64,000 nucleotides of DNA, from assembly GCA_031367705.1 (NCBI GenBank), contig JANLQI010000360.1, positions 3,012 through 67,011 on the forward strand. The letters are read 5' to 3'. A model generated the notes under the pieces. The model did not search any database and was not told the origin of the DNA. It saw only the letters and a program-made list of their open reading frames with translations. This stretch comes from Saprospiraceae bacterium. GTDB lineage: Bacteria; Bacteroidota; Bacteroidia; Chitinophagales; Saprospiraceae. This document shows positions 63,848 through 64,000 of this stretch, in pieces. Each line of letters starts with the position of its first letter. The first letter of the stretch is position 1. The position numbers and the translations under genes are program-made.

Positions 63848-64000
63848 TATTTTTTAAGATGTTGAGTAAAAAGACCAAAGATATTAAGACAACAATAAAA
63901 ACGCTAAAAGACTGCAAAATTAGAATATTTGCGTACATTACTAAATGACATGAATCACTAATTCGTAAGGAATTTAAGCATTGGGGTTGTCTTAAACACT

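Noticed and set aside
1-64000. The abundant word as a Chi-like or KOPS-like polar sequence.
   Set aside because: This is not excluded. However, the orientation split in this window is only about 32:21 and does not follow gene direction. A 10-13-nt word at one copy per 1.2 kb is also longer and denser than known Chi or KOPS signals. Whole-genome skew analysis is needed.
1-64000. The abundant word as a conserved peptide motif (TEG, LRG, PLS).
   Set aside because: The same DNA word is read in all three frames and on both strands in unrelated proteins, and a third of the copies are intergenic.

Overview
The window looks like an AT-rich Bacteroidota chromosome segment. This is inferred from three T9SS C-terminal sorting domains, a PorV-like protein, a TonB-dependent receptor with a DUF4249 neighbour, MqnD of the futalosine pathway, and TAnnTTTG-type promoter boxes. 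Bases 1-6700 are a mosaic accessory island. It holds an ISL3 element inserted into a PIN toxin gene, a DUF3800 gene, a HigB/HigA-like toxin-antitoxin pair, a truncated PLD-like nuclease gene, a YhcG/DUF1016 nuclease and three copies of a ~100-bp boundary repeat. The rest is mostly housekeeping: ldhA, ubiX, udk, a nupC-type transporter, an ECF sigma/anti-sigma pair, PolX, pnp, selU, mqnD, secG, two-component systems and a ferredoxin/FNR pair. Small acquired-looking patches interrupt it. No rRNA, canonical tRNA or CRISPR array was found. The main finding is a non-palindromic word, WWTACTGAGGGG(G)(G). I count the ACTGAGGGG core about 53 times by eye, roughly one per 1.2 kb, on both strands, in intergenic DNA and inside genes in every reading frame. 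That density and behaviour resemble the DNA uptake sequences of Neisseria and Pasteurellaceae. I know of no such signal described in Bacteroidota. A second layer is a set of dispersed intergenic repeat and hairpin families built from 6-7-nt words. All coordinates and counts were read by eye and need computational confirmation.
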